From positions 28,768,001 through 28,832,000 of the forward strand of contig CM069140.1 in assembly GCA_035221665.1 (NCBI GenBank): a DNA stretch of 64,000 nucleotides, read 5' to 3'. The number at the start of each line of letters is the position of its first letter. Position 1 is the stretch's first letter. The stretch is from Okamejei kenojei. Taxonomy: Eukaryota. A model generated the notes under the pieces. The model worked only from the letters and a program-made list of their open reading frames with translations, was not told the origin of the DNA and made no database searches. Shown piece by piece: positions 36,621-49,285 of the stretch. A program made the translations under genes and the position numbers.

Positions 36621-37554
36621 TATCACTCACCCACACCCTTCGATCAACTTACAGCAGTCAATTAAACCACCCCACCCACAGAATCATCAGCCATCTCTTG
36701 ATAATAATCCAACATTAATCCTACTTTTTTATTCTCTACATATTCCTATCAATGTTCCCCAGATTCTTCCACTGACCGATCATTGCATAAGCACTGCACA
36801 TGTTCAAAGGCGATGTTATTGTCACATGTGTAAAGTGCATAGTGACATTATTTTCTTGCAGTCCAGTAGAGCATTGCCATGCCCATGCATATCACCAATT
36901 AGCACGTGTATGGAAATAGTCCACTTATCCCGTGTGTCCAGTTGTTATGAGTGGTACCAGTCCCAGGCAAAATCCAGACTGCAGGGCCTCCAGCCAACAC
37001 CGTCCCTCTCCTCACCCGTCCATCTTTGTTCCCCAGGGGGCGCCTCCAGTAGCCAGACCCCGGTACCTCTCCTCTCATCTCCTACCGGCCCCGCTCCCTG
37101 TCCATCCATCCGTCGTCATCTGGCTCCATCCTCTGGTCTTCAGGGGATGAGCTGGGCTGGCTGAGTGAGCTCCCCCTTCCAGGCCGCGGTCAGCCGGTCT
37201 GCATTCGGCTGTGGGGGAACAACTCAGTGGTCCCCCTTTAGGCCTCGGCCCTCTGGGAGTTCCAGCCCCGCACTGCACTCTGGGAGTTGTGTGGCTGGGT
37301 GCTTCACAGCACACAGTGACAACCGTGCTAATCAATTTCTTCTAAGAAAGATTATCGCAAAAAGCGGGAGTAACTCAGCGGGACAGGCAGCATCTTGGAG
37401 TGTGGGGGGAAACCGGAGCACCCGGAGAAAACCCAGGCAGGTCACAGGGTGAATGTGCATACAGACTAGCCAGCGCCCGCAGTCAGGATCGAACCAAGTC
37501 TCTGGCGCTGTAAGACAGCAGCGTAAGCTGTAAGGGGCCACTGTTCCCTTACAC

Positions 37555-37676
37555 GTCCACGGCACCTGGTGTTCCCAGGCGGTCTCCCATCCAACTACTA
37601 ACTGAGACGGCCTGAGACTGCTTAGCTTCCGAGATCAGACAAGATTGTGCGTTTTCAGGCAAGTATGGCCGTAGAC
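37555..37676 (-). pseudogene. 5S rRNA pseudogene (full length, orphan)
   Basis: Minus strand gtctacggccatac...tgatctcggaagctaagcag...ttggatgggagaccgcctgggaacaccaggtgccgtggac; local gtctcag duplication in the internal control region; no oligo-T terminator. Confidence 0.92.
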
Positions 37677-38192
37677 CGATAGTTGCATTCCCGAGTACCC
37701 TCAGGGGTGGGGAAGTTCAGTGTGTATCATTGGTGGCTGAATGATGGGACAGCAGGCGGTGTGAGGAGCATCAATCATACTCTGCTCAATGAACTTCAGC
37801 CCCCTTCAAACACTGCCTGCTCGCTCCACTAAATAGTCAGTAATGAGGGCCATGCACGCCAACATAATGTGTAATTATGTAAGAGGGATTCCAAACAATT
37901 TTATCTGCAAATTACTTTGGCCTTAATGAGATAAAGACACTAATTAATCACATATTAATTTAGTAAGCCTCTTTCGCAAAACACTGCTGGATGTATATAA
38001 ATGTGAAGAGGCTCGGGGAACACATGATACTACAATTCATTCTTTTACCTTGTTATTTTGCAGTTTTTTTAATGGATTCTGCACAGACATAATCACATTA
38101 TTTTTATAGGTTGGGACCATCAGTTATTTAAAGGAATCTAACCACTGCAGTTTTGACAAGTTTACCATAGTCTGGCCATGTGTGGTTACAGA

Positions 38193-38474
38193 AGATAGAC
38201 ACAAAGTGTTGGAGTAACTCAGCGGGTTAAGCAGCATCTCTGGAGAAAAGGGATGGGTGACGTTTTGAGTCGGGACCCTTCTTTGGACTGGCATTTCTGG
38301 TCAGCCCTGTTTTGTTCTGGCTTTTTCTCGCCTCTAGTTCCCCCCCCCCCCCCCCACCCCCCCACCCCTCTATTTTCAGTCTGAAGAAGGGTCCCAACCC
38401 GAAACGTTACCCATCCTTTTTCTTAAGAGATGCTGCCTGACCCTCTGAGTTACTCCAGCATTTTGTGTCTATCT
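38193..38474. mobile_element. Penelope pLTR-derived foldback element (~97-bp arms)
   Basis: Arms 38193-38290 and 38378-38474; core gtctgaagaagggtcccaacccgaaacgtt. Confidence 0.85.
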
Positions 38475-38497
38475 GTCAGTGTCTGTAGCTCCATTAG

Positions 38498-39350
38498 TCA
38501 AAAGTCAAAGTCAAAAGAGTTTATTGTCATGTGCCCCTGACAGGACAATGAAATTCTTTCTTTGCATAGCACAACAGAACATAGTAGGCATTGACTACAG
38601 TTATATACTTAAATACACACATTAATTAATAAATTAATAAAGTGCAAATAACAGATGGAGGGGTATTAATGTTCAGAGTTTTGTCCGAGCCAGGTTTAAT
38701 AGCCTGATGGCGGTGGGGAAGTAGCTATTCCTGAACCTGGTCGTTGCAGTTCTCAGGCTCCTGTACCTTCTACCCGAAGGTAGCAGGGAGATGAGTGTGT
38801 GGCCAGGGTGGTGTGGGTCCTTGATGATGCTGCCAGCCTTTTTGAGGCAGCGACTGTGGTAGATCCCCTCGATGGAAGGAAGGTCAGAGCCGATAATGGA
38901 CTGGGCAGTGTTTACTACTTTTTGTAGTCTTTTCCTCTCCAGGGCACTCAAGTTGCCGAACCAAGCCACGATGCAACCAGTCAGCAAGCTCTCTGCTGTG
39001 CACCTGTAGAGGTTAGAGAGAGTCCTCCTTGACAGACCGACTCTCCGTAATCTTCTCAGGAAGTAGAGGCGCTGATGAGCTTTCTTAATAATTGCATCTG
39101 TGTTCTCGGACCAGGAAAGATCTTCACAGATGTGCACGCCCAGGAATTTGAAGCTCTTGACCCTTTCAACCATCGACCCGTTGATATAAACAGGACTGTG
39201 GGTCCCCATCCTACTCCTTCCAAAGTTCACAATCAGTTCCTTGGTTTTGCTGGTGTTGAGGGCCAGGTTATTGTGCTGGCACCATATGGACAGTAGCTTG
39301 ATCTCTCTTCTGTACTCCGACTCATCCCCATCAGTGATACGTCCCACTAC
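38498..39350 (-). mobile_element. Rex1/Babar LINE, 5'-truncated, open to the stop codon
   Basis: ORF 38673-39347 nearly identical to 30755-31408; cattag repeated at 38492-38497 and 39350-39355. Confidence 0.95.
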
Positions 39351-42300
39351 ATTAGCCTTTGTAAATTGCCCCTAAAGTGGGAAAACATGGAACTAGTGTG
39401 AGTGGGTGATCTATGGTCGGTGGGCTGAAGGGCCTGTTTCCATGCTGTGTCTCTAAACTAAACTAAACGGAATACAGTCCGTGAGCCAGATGGTGGTGGG
39501 CTTGTGTCTCTGAGCTACCTGTCATGTCCGTTGCCTGCAGCTGTTGGGGTGAGCTTTAATCGAAGCGGTGGCACGTTTTGTAACAGAGTGAGGGGAAGGT
39601 AGGAGCTGATAGGAAAGGTACGATGGGGTGACCTCCTGACACACATACACAGCCTCTGGAGACCAGGGCTGGAACAAACTCCAAATACTTCCATCAGCAT
39701 TCTGCTTGTGATGCATTTTTGTATGGAATGTCATCACCCTGCTATAGGAAGGATGTCATAAAGCTGGATAGAGTGCAGGGAAGGTCTATGAAGATGTTGC
39801 TAGGACCCCAGGGCCTGAGGTATATATAGGAAGAGGTTGGGCAAGTGTGGACTTTATTCCTGGGAATTCAAAGGTTAAAGAGATGTGGGCCAAATGCGGA
39901 CAAATGGGACTAGCTTAGATGGGGCATCTTGGTGAGCATCGGACGAGTTGGGCAGAAGTGCCTGCTTCTGTGCTGTATGGCTCCATGACTCTATGAATTA
40001 TAGGCAGGGTTGTCAGCAACACTCATCCACATGTTGGACACACACCCGACTACCTGGAGCTTTATATTCACAATGGTGATTTAGACCCTTGCCTTGATTA
40101 CACTGCACCCCTACATTGCCTAAATCCACCAGAGCTGTACCTCCTGGAGGTCCACCAGCTCCAAGCTAGACAACTGTGGATGGCGTTAGAAGCTAGCTCT
40201 ACACTTTTGAGATAGGTAGAAATAATGGACAAGCATCATCTGTTGGGAGAGATAAAGTGAGAAAGATCAGAACTGTTGAAGCATTTTTTTTAACCCTAAC
40301 ACCTGCATTTGTTAGGAGTCCGAAACAAAAACAAACCAGCGGACACAAAGTTCATGAGTAACTTAGCTGGTCAGGCAGCATCTCTGGCAAACATGGATAG
40401 GTGACGTTTCAGGTCGGGACCCTAGGTTCAGGTCGGGAACTTATCCATGTTCTTCAGAGATGCTGCCTGACCTGCTGAGTTACTCCAACCACTTTGTGTA
40501 TACCAATTTCTTTCTTTCTACAAAAACAAACAGCAGATCAGCCAGAGTCTGTGGCGAGAGAGACAGGGTCAATGTCCTAGGTCAACCATATATTCCAAAC
40601 AGGTTGTGGTGAGGCCACCATTCCTCCCCCATGGTTGCTGCCTGGGCTGTTGAGTGTATCCAACATTTGTTGCTTCACAGGTGGGATGTCTGCAAGAGAA
40701 TGCTGGGGCCTGCTCTTTGCAGGAGCAAGTCTATCCTGCACACCTCTACGGGCTGAAGGAAGAGAAGATACAGTCTCTCTTGGAGAATGAAGTGTGGATG
40801 ACATCTTTGAGATGGCAGCGAGCAGCAAACTGTGAGATGAGTGCATCCTTCACCCTGACCGGGCCACACGCGGTGTCATCTTTCAGAAGGGACACTCAAC
40901 AAAGATGGGAGGGTTCTCCCTGGTGTGCCAATTGTTCCTATCATCCCACACCGTCCCAGACAGAACAGTGCGAATTAGAAAGTAGGTAGCGCACAAGATT
41001 CCAATTGATTAAATGTCTGTATTATAGTTGACATTCTTTAAGTCAAATTCAGAGCAGTGTGGTATTTGTGAGTGTACTGGCCTCCTTGTACACGAGTAAA
41101 TAAAATTGGCTGGAAAAGAGTGCATGTTGTCAGAGTCCTATATTATTCAGCGACCACAACCTCATGTCAGCAGTACACAAGAGTTGCCACCATTCTGGCA
41201 CTGACAAAGTCACTAAAGGTCACCGAACAGTCCTCTGTCCCACTCTCATTCTCGGCGCCCCCCTGCCGGGTCCACCCTTTGTTCTCGGTGGCCCATCAAC
41301 CCCACCATATTGTGTTAATAATGGGAAGGACATCCCAGTAAATGTTAATATTGAGGAAGACGCTATATGAACTGTTTTTGGTTGAGGCATTGCATAATGT
41401 ATTGGTGTTCCCATTGCTCTGCTAATGTTGGGCCGGGAGTCTCATTAGTGTGTGAATTTTGGAAAGGGGTTTGCATTCATGTGTTGAGGTTGGCTTATCC
41501 ATGTTAATGTTGAAAAGGGCTCCATATTAACCTGGGAGCATTGGGTAGGGCGCTCAAGTGGCCTGTTATTGTTTGGATGTTTGGACTAATGCCAATGTCC
41601 ACTGGAGTGCCCCAGAGGTGTGTGTTGTTGCATGGTGCACCACATTAATATCTTGACATTGTGAAGGTGTGTAAATATTAGTAGGGTTCTCAGTTAAACT
41701 CACAATTTTGGCTTGAGTTCCCCATTAATGTGTAAACATTGAGTTGGGTTCCCATTAATGTATTAATATTGGGTACAACGTGTCATTGGTGTGCGCAGGT
41801 TGCATAGGCACTCCATGGTGTGCTAATATCCAGTAGAGCTCCCAAACCATATATTAATTTTGAGTAGAATAACTTGGGTCGTGTTTCACAATAACTTGTT
41901 AATATGCTTGGTATGAATTCCCCGTTATTAATACGGCACAGAGTTCCCCATTAATCTGTTGCCCACTTAGTGTGATAACATTGAATAGAATTCCCCAGTA
42001 ATGCTCCACAACGATATGTTAATAATGGGCAGATCTTTCCACTAACCTGTCAATTTCAGAGAGGGCTTTTCATTAATATGTCAGTGAGAGGCAGTATTCC
42101 CCAATTGTTTATCAATTGTGGGTCAGGTTCCACATGAATCTGTCAAATTGGACATAGCTCCCCATTAGTCTTTAACATTTGCTGAGGTTATCCATCGGCT
42201 TGTTCAGATTGCGTAGGGCTCCACATCAGTTTGCTCAGTCTGCGTGAGATCCCTCCTTATCTAGTACCTTTAGCTGGTCTTCCTGTTAATGTGTTAAGGT

Positions 42301-42517
42301 TGAATTGGGCATCCATTAGGACACATTAATGAGTTTATACTCGGTAGTTGCCAATTAGTCTGTTACTCTTGGGTAGAATTCCAAACTAATGTGCAAACAT
42401 TGGACGCGATCCCCATTGCACTACTAATTTAGATTTTAATTACGGTGCATTAAGGTTTGATTGGTCTTCCATTGGAGTGTTATGTTGGACTGGGGTCACC
42501 ATTCATCTGTTAATATG

Positions 42518-42748
42518 TTTCATTTGTATCACCTCACCTGTATTAACCTATTAACTGCCAGGCGTTGTCCTGCCCCTCCTCGCTTCCAGCTTTCTTTCCC
42601 CCGCCTACAATCATTCTGAAGAAGGGTCCCGACCTGAAGCGTTACCGATCCATATTCTCCACATGCACTGACTGGCCTGCTGAGTTACTCCAGCACTTTG
42701 TATCTTCTTTTGAGAACCAGCATCAGCAGTTCCTTGTTTCTACATTGC
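42518..42748 (+). mobile_element. Penelope pLTR fragment inserted in the minisatellite
   Basis: ctgaagaagggtcccgacctgaagcgtt core; tctgttaatatg on both sides (42506-42517, 42749-42760). Confidence 0.75.
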
Positions 42749-43466
42749 TCTGTTAATATGAAGCTGGGCTCACTATTTGTTGTGGTAATGTTGGGCAGGG
42801 CTCACATTAACACAACAGCTCATTAGGCCTAGTTAATGGGAACCCTGTTAATTTTCAGCATGGCTTATTATTATTAGTAGGGCTGCCGATTGACTTGTTC
42901 ATGTTGAGCATGGGTCCATGATAACATGATACCAGTGCTCTCATTGATATGCTAACGTTGGCAAAGGCTCCACATTCAAGTTGTAATGGTGAGTAGGTCC
43001 AACAATTTGGCTGGGTGCTTTATTTATGTTATAAGGTAGAGTGCCACATCAATGTGCTAATATTCTGTAGCACTTCCAAAACATGTGATATATTGTTCAA
43101 GGCTCGCCATAATTGTGATACATTTTATAAGGCTTGACAATTATGTGATAAACTTTTTCCCAAGTCCATCATGCATCGTGCAGGAGACTCCATTAATTTG
43201 ATACATTTGTTCAGCTCAGTATTATTGTGTGAATGTTCTCCCCAATAATGTGTTGCATCACGTGGGGACACCTGTTAATGTGATAGCACGTCTATTTTGT
43301 GTGCAGCTTACCATTAATGTGATATATTGTTCAGTGCTCCCCCAATAATGTGATGTATTATGTAGGGTTGCTGGTAACGCAATAGCTTGCATATGGATCA
43401 CTATTAATGGACTATATTGTGTAAAGCTCCCCTGGTGATGTGATAGTTTGTGTAGGGCCCCACATT

Positions 43467-43594
43467 NNNNNNNNNNNNNNNNNNNNNNNNNNNNNNNNNN
43501 NNNNNNNNNNNNNNNNNNNNNNNNNNNNNNNNNNNNNNNNNNNNNNNNNNNNNNNNNNNNNNNNNNNNNNNNNNNNNNNNNNNNNNNNNNNNNN
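43467..43594. other. Assembly gap (N run)
   Basis: 128 N. Confidence 1.
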
Positions 43595-44574
43595 CACTAT
43601 TATTTATACATATATATATATATATGATATTGTGTGTATGGCTTTGAAATAATATGGCTTATTGTGTTAAGCTTCCCAATAATGTGCTATTCTCCACTAA
43701 TGTTATGCTGGGCTCACGAATAAAATAATACAAATTGTGCAGGGCTCTCCATTCTTCTGATGTATTGTATGTAGGCTGACCCAATAATATGGTATACTAT
43801 GTAGGACTACTTGTAAATGTAAAATATTGTGTAGGGCTATCCAATAACGTGATGTAGTATGCTGGCCTCGCCATTGGTGTGACTTATCGTGCAAGGATCT
43901 CCATTAATGTGAGATGATGTTTAGTGTTCACCAATTGTTATATTGTGTCTGCATCATGATGTGTAATATATTGTGCAGTACTTCCCATTAATACAATATA
44001 TTTTGCAGGATTGTAATAAGGTGATATTTGTACAGTTCTCAATTATTGTGATGTATTGTGTAGGATTCACCATTAATCTGTTGATTTTGGGTCGGGCTCT
44101 ATTATTGTGTGTATTGTATTGAACTGAACACTCAACCATTAATTGTGGCTAGGTTGTGTCTAGGTTGCCTCAATGGTATGTTATTGTTGGGCAGGTTTCC
44201 ACATTAAAGTTAAAAACTTCAAGACCCATCCTTTTTTTTGGGTTGCCCATAAGTTTGTCAATGTCGGGTATTGCTCCAGTCAGGATGTTGATATTGTTCT
44301 GGGCTCCTATTATTGTGTTAGCTTTGGGTAGAGTTCCACATTACTGTGTCAATATAAGGTAGGACTTACTATTAAGGTGATAATGATGGTGCCCATATTA
44401 AAGAGCAAGTATTGGGAATGGTTCCCCAGTAGTGTGACAATGTTCAGTTTGTTTTTCTATTAATGCTTAATGTTGCCCCATTGGCGAGGGTTCCTTGTTA
44501 CATGTTGGATCTCTTTAGTTTAGCTTTATTGGGTAGGGTTTCAATGTTGGCTCGAGTACCCTGTGATATAAATA

Positions 44575-44998
44575 GTCATAGAGCGTGGGAACAGGCCCTT
44601 CGGCCCACCCTGCCCATGCCAACCAATGTGCCCCATCTATACTAGCCCCACCTACCTGTACTTGGCTCGTATCCCTCTAAACCTATCCTATCTATGTATC
44701 TGGCCACATGTTTTTTATATGTTGTAATAGTACCTGGCTCAACTACCTCCTCCGGCAGCTCTTTCCATATACTCACCACTTTATGTGTAAAAAAAAATTA
44801 CTTCTCAAGCTCCTATTAAATCTTTCTCACCTCACCTTAAACCAGTGTGCCCTGGTTCATGATTCCCCTGCTCTGGGTAAAAGACTGTGCATTTACCCTA
44901 TATATTACTCTCATGGTTTTATATACCTCTATAAGGTCTCCCCTCATCGTCCTGCGCTCCAAGGAATAAAGTTCTAGCCTGCTCAGGCCCTCGAGTTG
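44575..44998 (-). mobile_element. CR1 LINE 3' fragment
   Basis: caggcccttcggccc tail; LYSLERRTMRGDLIEVYK on the minus strand. Confidence 0.85.
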
Positions 44999-45224
44999 TA
45001 GATAATAGTAAGATTAAATGAGAACTTACCAGTTTGAAGTTTGATCTTTATTTTATGAGGAGTTACAATGAGGGATTACGTGAAGACCCCGCCAGGACGC
45101 ATGCGCGACATTCTTCAAAGCAGTGGTGTGAAATCACAGATACCAGAGTAGACTAATATAGTAAGATAAGAGAGAACTTCCATACCAGTTGAACTTTATA
45201 ATAGAGGGTTTTGGGAGCGGAGGG

Positions 45225-45337
45225 CACGTAATCCCTCATCGTAACTCCTCATAAAATAAAGATCAAACTTCAATCTGGTAAGTTCTCATTTAATCTTACT
45301 ATTTTACTTCGGAGTCACGTGAGTGACTACGTGAAGA
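45225..45337. repeat. DIRS internal complementary region (ICR)
   Basis: 45225-45303 is the reverse complement of 45004-45082 (77/79); 45301-45337 is the reverse complement of 49456-49492 (37/37). Confidence 0.95.
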
Positions 45338-45499
45338 TTTCAAAGCTCTGTGATTTCATGCCCTGGAACGAGACCATGCTCACACACTGCCATTCTGGGA
45401 CGGAGGATGAACGTATTTCACACACGACACTGTGCTGAAAAAACAATAAAGGTATTATTCATACCTAAAATAATATGCCCCACATTGGGTAATTTATTT

Positions 45500-46449
45500 T
45501 TACAGAACTTAATTTTTCCCTGCAAACGTCTCAGGATCGGCCACGGGTTTATTATAAAGCATTGAATGCGTTCATTGCTCCACCCCGCTGTAGCAAGGAT
45601 GTGGTCCATAGGAACTCCCATCATCCTAGTGTCCGATGTAGATGCAGCCCTGTTGGAGTGAGATTTGAAACATTAGTATTCACCACTGCACGTAATACCA
45701 CCCGAACCATCTGGATATGGTTTGCACTGTGACCTTAGGTGAGGGCATTTATGGCTAATGAGAAAGCTCTCTCCGTGCCCATAAGTGTCTTGGTGACTAT
45801 ATATTGGAAAATATGTGTCACTATGCAGGGCCGACTATCTGCAGGATAGGCCAGAACTCTAATATTGGCCAAAGGAACCGGGTCAGTCTTGTTTAAGTAC
45901 CCCTGTATGTAGCAGGTTATCTGCCATTTGTGACAGACATGACGTCCTATTCTAGCTTGTGTAAGGACTGGACCCGTTGTGCTGATCCAAGTGCCATAAT
46001 CATTCCCATCTAGGATATTAGTTTGTCCAGAGTGAGCCCCGACATTGGTGTCCATCCTCGTAACATGGTGTACTACCTATGTCCCAATATAGGTGTATCT
46101 GGGCTGGGGGGAATAGAGTACAAATACCCCTCATTCGTTTAGGTACTAGTGGGTGTGATCCTATAGCCAGGTGATCACTCCTTCTGCCCAGATATTAGAT
46201 AGGGCACTCCTTGCACAATAATGGCACTGTAACTCAATCCTTCATCGAAATGAAGGGTGGTCAGAACTCCAGCACTTCAGTGTTGGTGGCTGAGTCATAT
46301 GTAGTGTTCGTCCTGGTGCAGAACACTTCCCATTTCCTGACATATGTCAGGTACCGTCTTCTCGTGGACTCCCTGCACGACGCTGAGATGGCATTGATCG
46401 TCCTGTCGGAGAGTCCGTATCCCAGAAATGGCCTGTTCAGAAACTGCAA
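45500..46449 (-). pseudogene. DIRS tyrosine recombinase remnant
   Basis: LSDRTINAISASCRESTRRRYLTYVRKW (N-terminal domain); HSNRAASTS and GVPMDHILATAGWSNE (C-terminal boxes); many frameshifts. Confidence 0.8.
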
Positions 46450-46459
46450 ATCAACAAGT

Positions 46460-48135
46460 TCATACAGTCATGGCACAGATACTTTCCCACACGGGGTGTG
46501 CCAACCTCCTTGGCCGTTGAGGCAGAAGGGGAAAATGCATAGCAAAACAAATCCCCCCCCCCAACGCAGCGAGAAATCGTCCATCGCTGCTGCCCCTGGG
46601 TCTGGTTCCCAAGCAACATATGTTGGTAGTTGGTGAATTAGTCTGGATGGAAAAGAGGTCGATATCTGGTGTCCCATACCGGTCTATAATATCTGTAAAC
46701 ACTTTCCGATCCAACATCCATTTAATGTTGTCGTTGAATTTACGTGACCTGGTGTCTGCCACTGTGTTTAGCTTACCTGGAAAGGTAAGTGGTTGAGATC
46801 CAAATATCTCTCCCAGACACCAGTGCCAGATATTATTAGGCAATTTATCACATGATATCGACTTTATTTCACCCATATGATTATATATAGGCCCCCACTG
46901 TAGTATCAATTTGTACCGTACATGCAACTGGTGCTCATCTGAGCAGTAGGCCCTGAGTCCATGAAACGCTCCCAGCATTTCTAGATAATTAATTGCTAGT
47001 GCTTTAAACAGAATAATTTTTGTGCACTCATCTGCCCACCACAACTTGCGGTGGTATTAGTTGCTCCCCAACCTTTAGCACTGGCATCAGTCTGTAATGT
47101 ACCCTAGGGATATAGAATGGGGTGATGGGGTTAGGATAATATTGAACATTTCTATCCACCAGTTTAATTCTGATTTACTTTCCCTGGTAGTTGCATAGGC
47201 CTATTGAAATGGCCTGCATGATTTTTGAGAGCTAAAATTTCCCTCTTCCAGGTTTTAATAATGGAGTGGTCCAATTGTGCTGCTGGGAACGCAGCCACCA
47301 ATTCCCAATCACTCTTGCTCCTTGCCGAATGGATGGTTCCCTGATGCCAGTGAGGCTTTTGCATACTCCCATCAAGTCTGTCACTTTGTTTGGTGGCAAG
47401 GTGATAGACATATGAACAGAGTCAATAGTGAACCCCAAATAATCCATGGTAGTGGAGGGTTCCAATTTTGACTTATCTGGATGTACGTTAAACCTCTCTG
47501 TTGTGGCTGATACCACCAATGTAGCCAGCTCCAATTTTCACCTACAATGAGAATATCATCAAGGTAAGCCATGACGATATGGTTATGTTTCTTTAAGTAT
47601 GCTAAATCTGGTTTTAATGAATTTGTAATAGCCTGGGTGCTGATGACAACCCATTGGATAAGGCATACTGCCATAGCTGTCCCATCCAGATAAATTTCAG
47701 GTATTTACGATGACCCTGTGTGTGACAAAACGTGTCTATTTTGAAATGGGCATACTGAACGGAAGTATTTAGTTCGGTCAAATCTGTAATGATACGGCAA
47801 CCACCATCTTTTTAGTTTTTATAAATATATTTGATACGAACTCTTGAAATTCTCTGATTGTTTTCTCAATCCCTTTTGTGTTTAGTCTTAACAGTTCAGC
47901 ATGGCCTGCCGTTCTCTCTTTTTGTGAAGTATGAACTTCCTGCTAGGCGTATGCTGAACTGGGACGGTAGTTCGTATACAAATTCAATTTTGTAATTCTG
48001 AATACTTCCGAGTATGTAAAAGTTCAGAGGTAAAAGTTCAGCACACATGATGAAACAAGTGCAACCGTCCCCCAACTTTTGATGAATCGGACATGCAATG
48101 TTTTTTAAGACAACCAGACCCACCTACCTCCATGG
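46460..48135 (-). pseudogene. DIRS RT / RNase H / DAM-like methyltransferase remnant
   Basis: GGCRII, MAYLDDILIV, YLGFTIDS, TDASAKGWG, INYLEMLGAF, PGKLNTVADTRSR, PDIDLF, PDPGAAAMDDFSLRW, YAF; fragmented across frames. Confidence 0.85.
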
Positions 48136-49285
48136 TTACCGGTGTTGTGTGGGTTGTCTCCGCAGTTGTTTCTTCTGGTATAGTGTTGCTGCGTTGTGGG
48201 GTTGGCGCATTTTCCATGAAGGCCGGGCTGGGCCATGGTCTGAAAGACTGCTGTGCAGGTGGGCCGGCCTTCGAGCTTTCACCACCAGATGGTCTTCCAT
48301 AGCACCGATGTCTGGTGGGTGTGTGTAGGGGTGCTGCCGCTGTTGATAGTGGGTTTTAGAGGTGCTTGGCACCTTGATCAGGCCTATAGCCTTGGCTTCC
48401 TTCATGCAGGTCTTTCACCTGCTTCGGGAGGTCCCCCAACAGCAATTTTGGCGCCTGTGTGCTACTTGTCTTGCATAATTCCGCACTTCGTGATGATGCT
48501 CTTCCTGTAACTGTTAATCCCCACTGAGTATTACACAGTCTGCTAGAGCATCTAGTAACTCTTCAGGCAAATCAACCCCATCAGTTGTCCTGGTACTGCT
48601 GTGATTTTAGCAGCCAGCAGTTTCCTCTGGCTCCTGTTGCCCCAGATGGGGTCATAGACTGCTGGTACTTTAAGAGAAATGGAGTTCTCTGGAGCAATGT
48701 ACTTCCCAGCCATAAAGTTAATGGCTTGCTCCTGTAGCTGTTTTGTAGCCATGTATTTTGTACTGGCTTGCAGCTTTGTATAGGCAGTCCTTCTTGAGTT
48801 GATACAGCATGTGTTCCCACAAATCTTCTGCTGCTCTCTCTTCTGGCACCCCTCACAGCTGACTGTTCAGCCATTGCCCCTTCTTCAGGGTCAGCCCAGC
48901 TCTGACCCCTAATGCTCCCCTGCGAAGAGGGTGGGACATTTGGCAGTCCTTGAAAGGATGCTGCTGTGGGTCTGCGAGGAGACCCACTGTGACTCTGCCC
49001 CTGCATAAGCAGGTCACGCTGGAGCACTGCTCCCCACCCACTCCCGCGGGAAAGACGCCCGCCGTCCCTATCCGTGAACGGGGTATCTTCAGGTCCGGAC
49101 CCAGCCGAGTCAACGGACCTGTCCGACTTCCGGGTGGTTTTGCCGCCGACCGCGGCGCACCTGCGGTCTGTAGCGGCGAGAAGCCGGGAGCTGCTGGCAG
49201 CACCTGCAGCTCTGGAGAGACGGCACGCTGCTGGCTGCTTCCACAGCAGCGGTATCAGCTGCTGCTCTCCCCTGCGCGACTCCAT
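48136..49285 (-). pseudogene. DIRS gag-like ORF1 remnant
   Basis: Position after the left ITR; ATG at 49285 in gcaccATGG context; KYIAPEN...LKVPAV..IW motif; broken frames. Confidence 0.6.

Larger units (their letters stand above)
41300..44575 (+). repeat. Highly diverged 30-31-bp tandem repeat (old minisatellite)
   Basis: Approximate consensus cccattaatgtgttaatattgggtagggctc; consecutive 31-nt units at 41410-41440 and 41441-41471; resumes at 49493-49630. Confidence 0.8.

Noticed and set aside
41300-44575. CRISPR-like array or repetitive coding exon
   Set aside because: No constant repeat with unique spacers, no cas genes, eukaryotic context; period is mostly 31 and frames contain many stops
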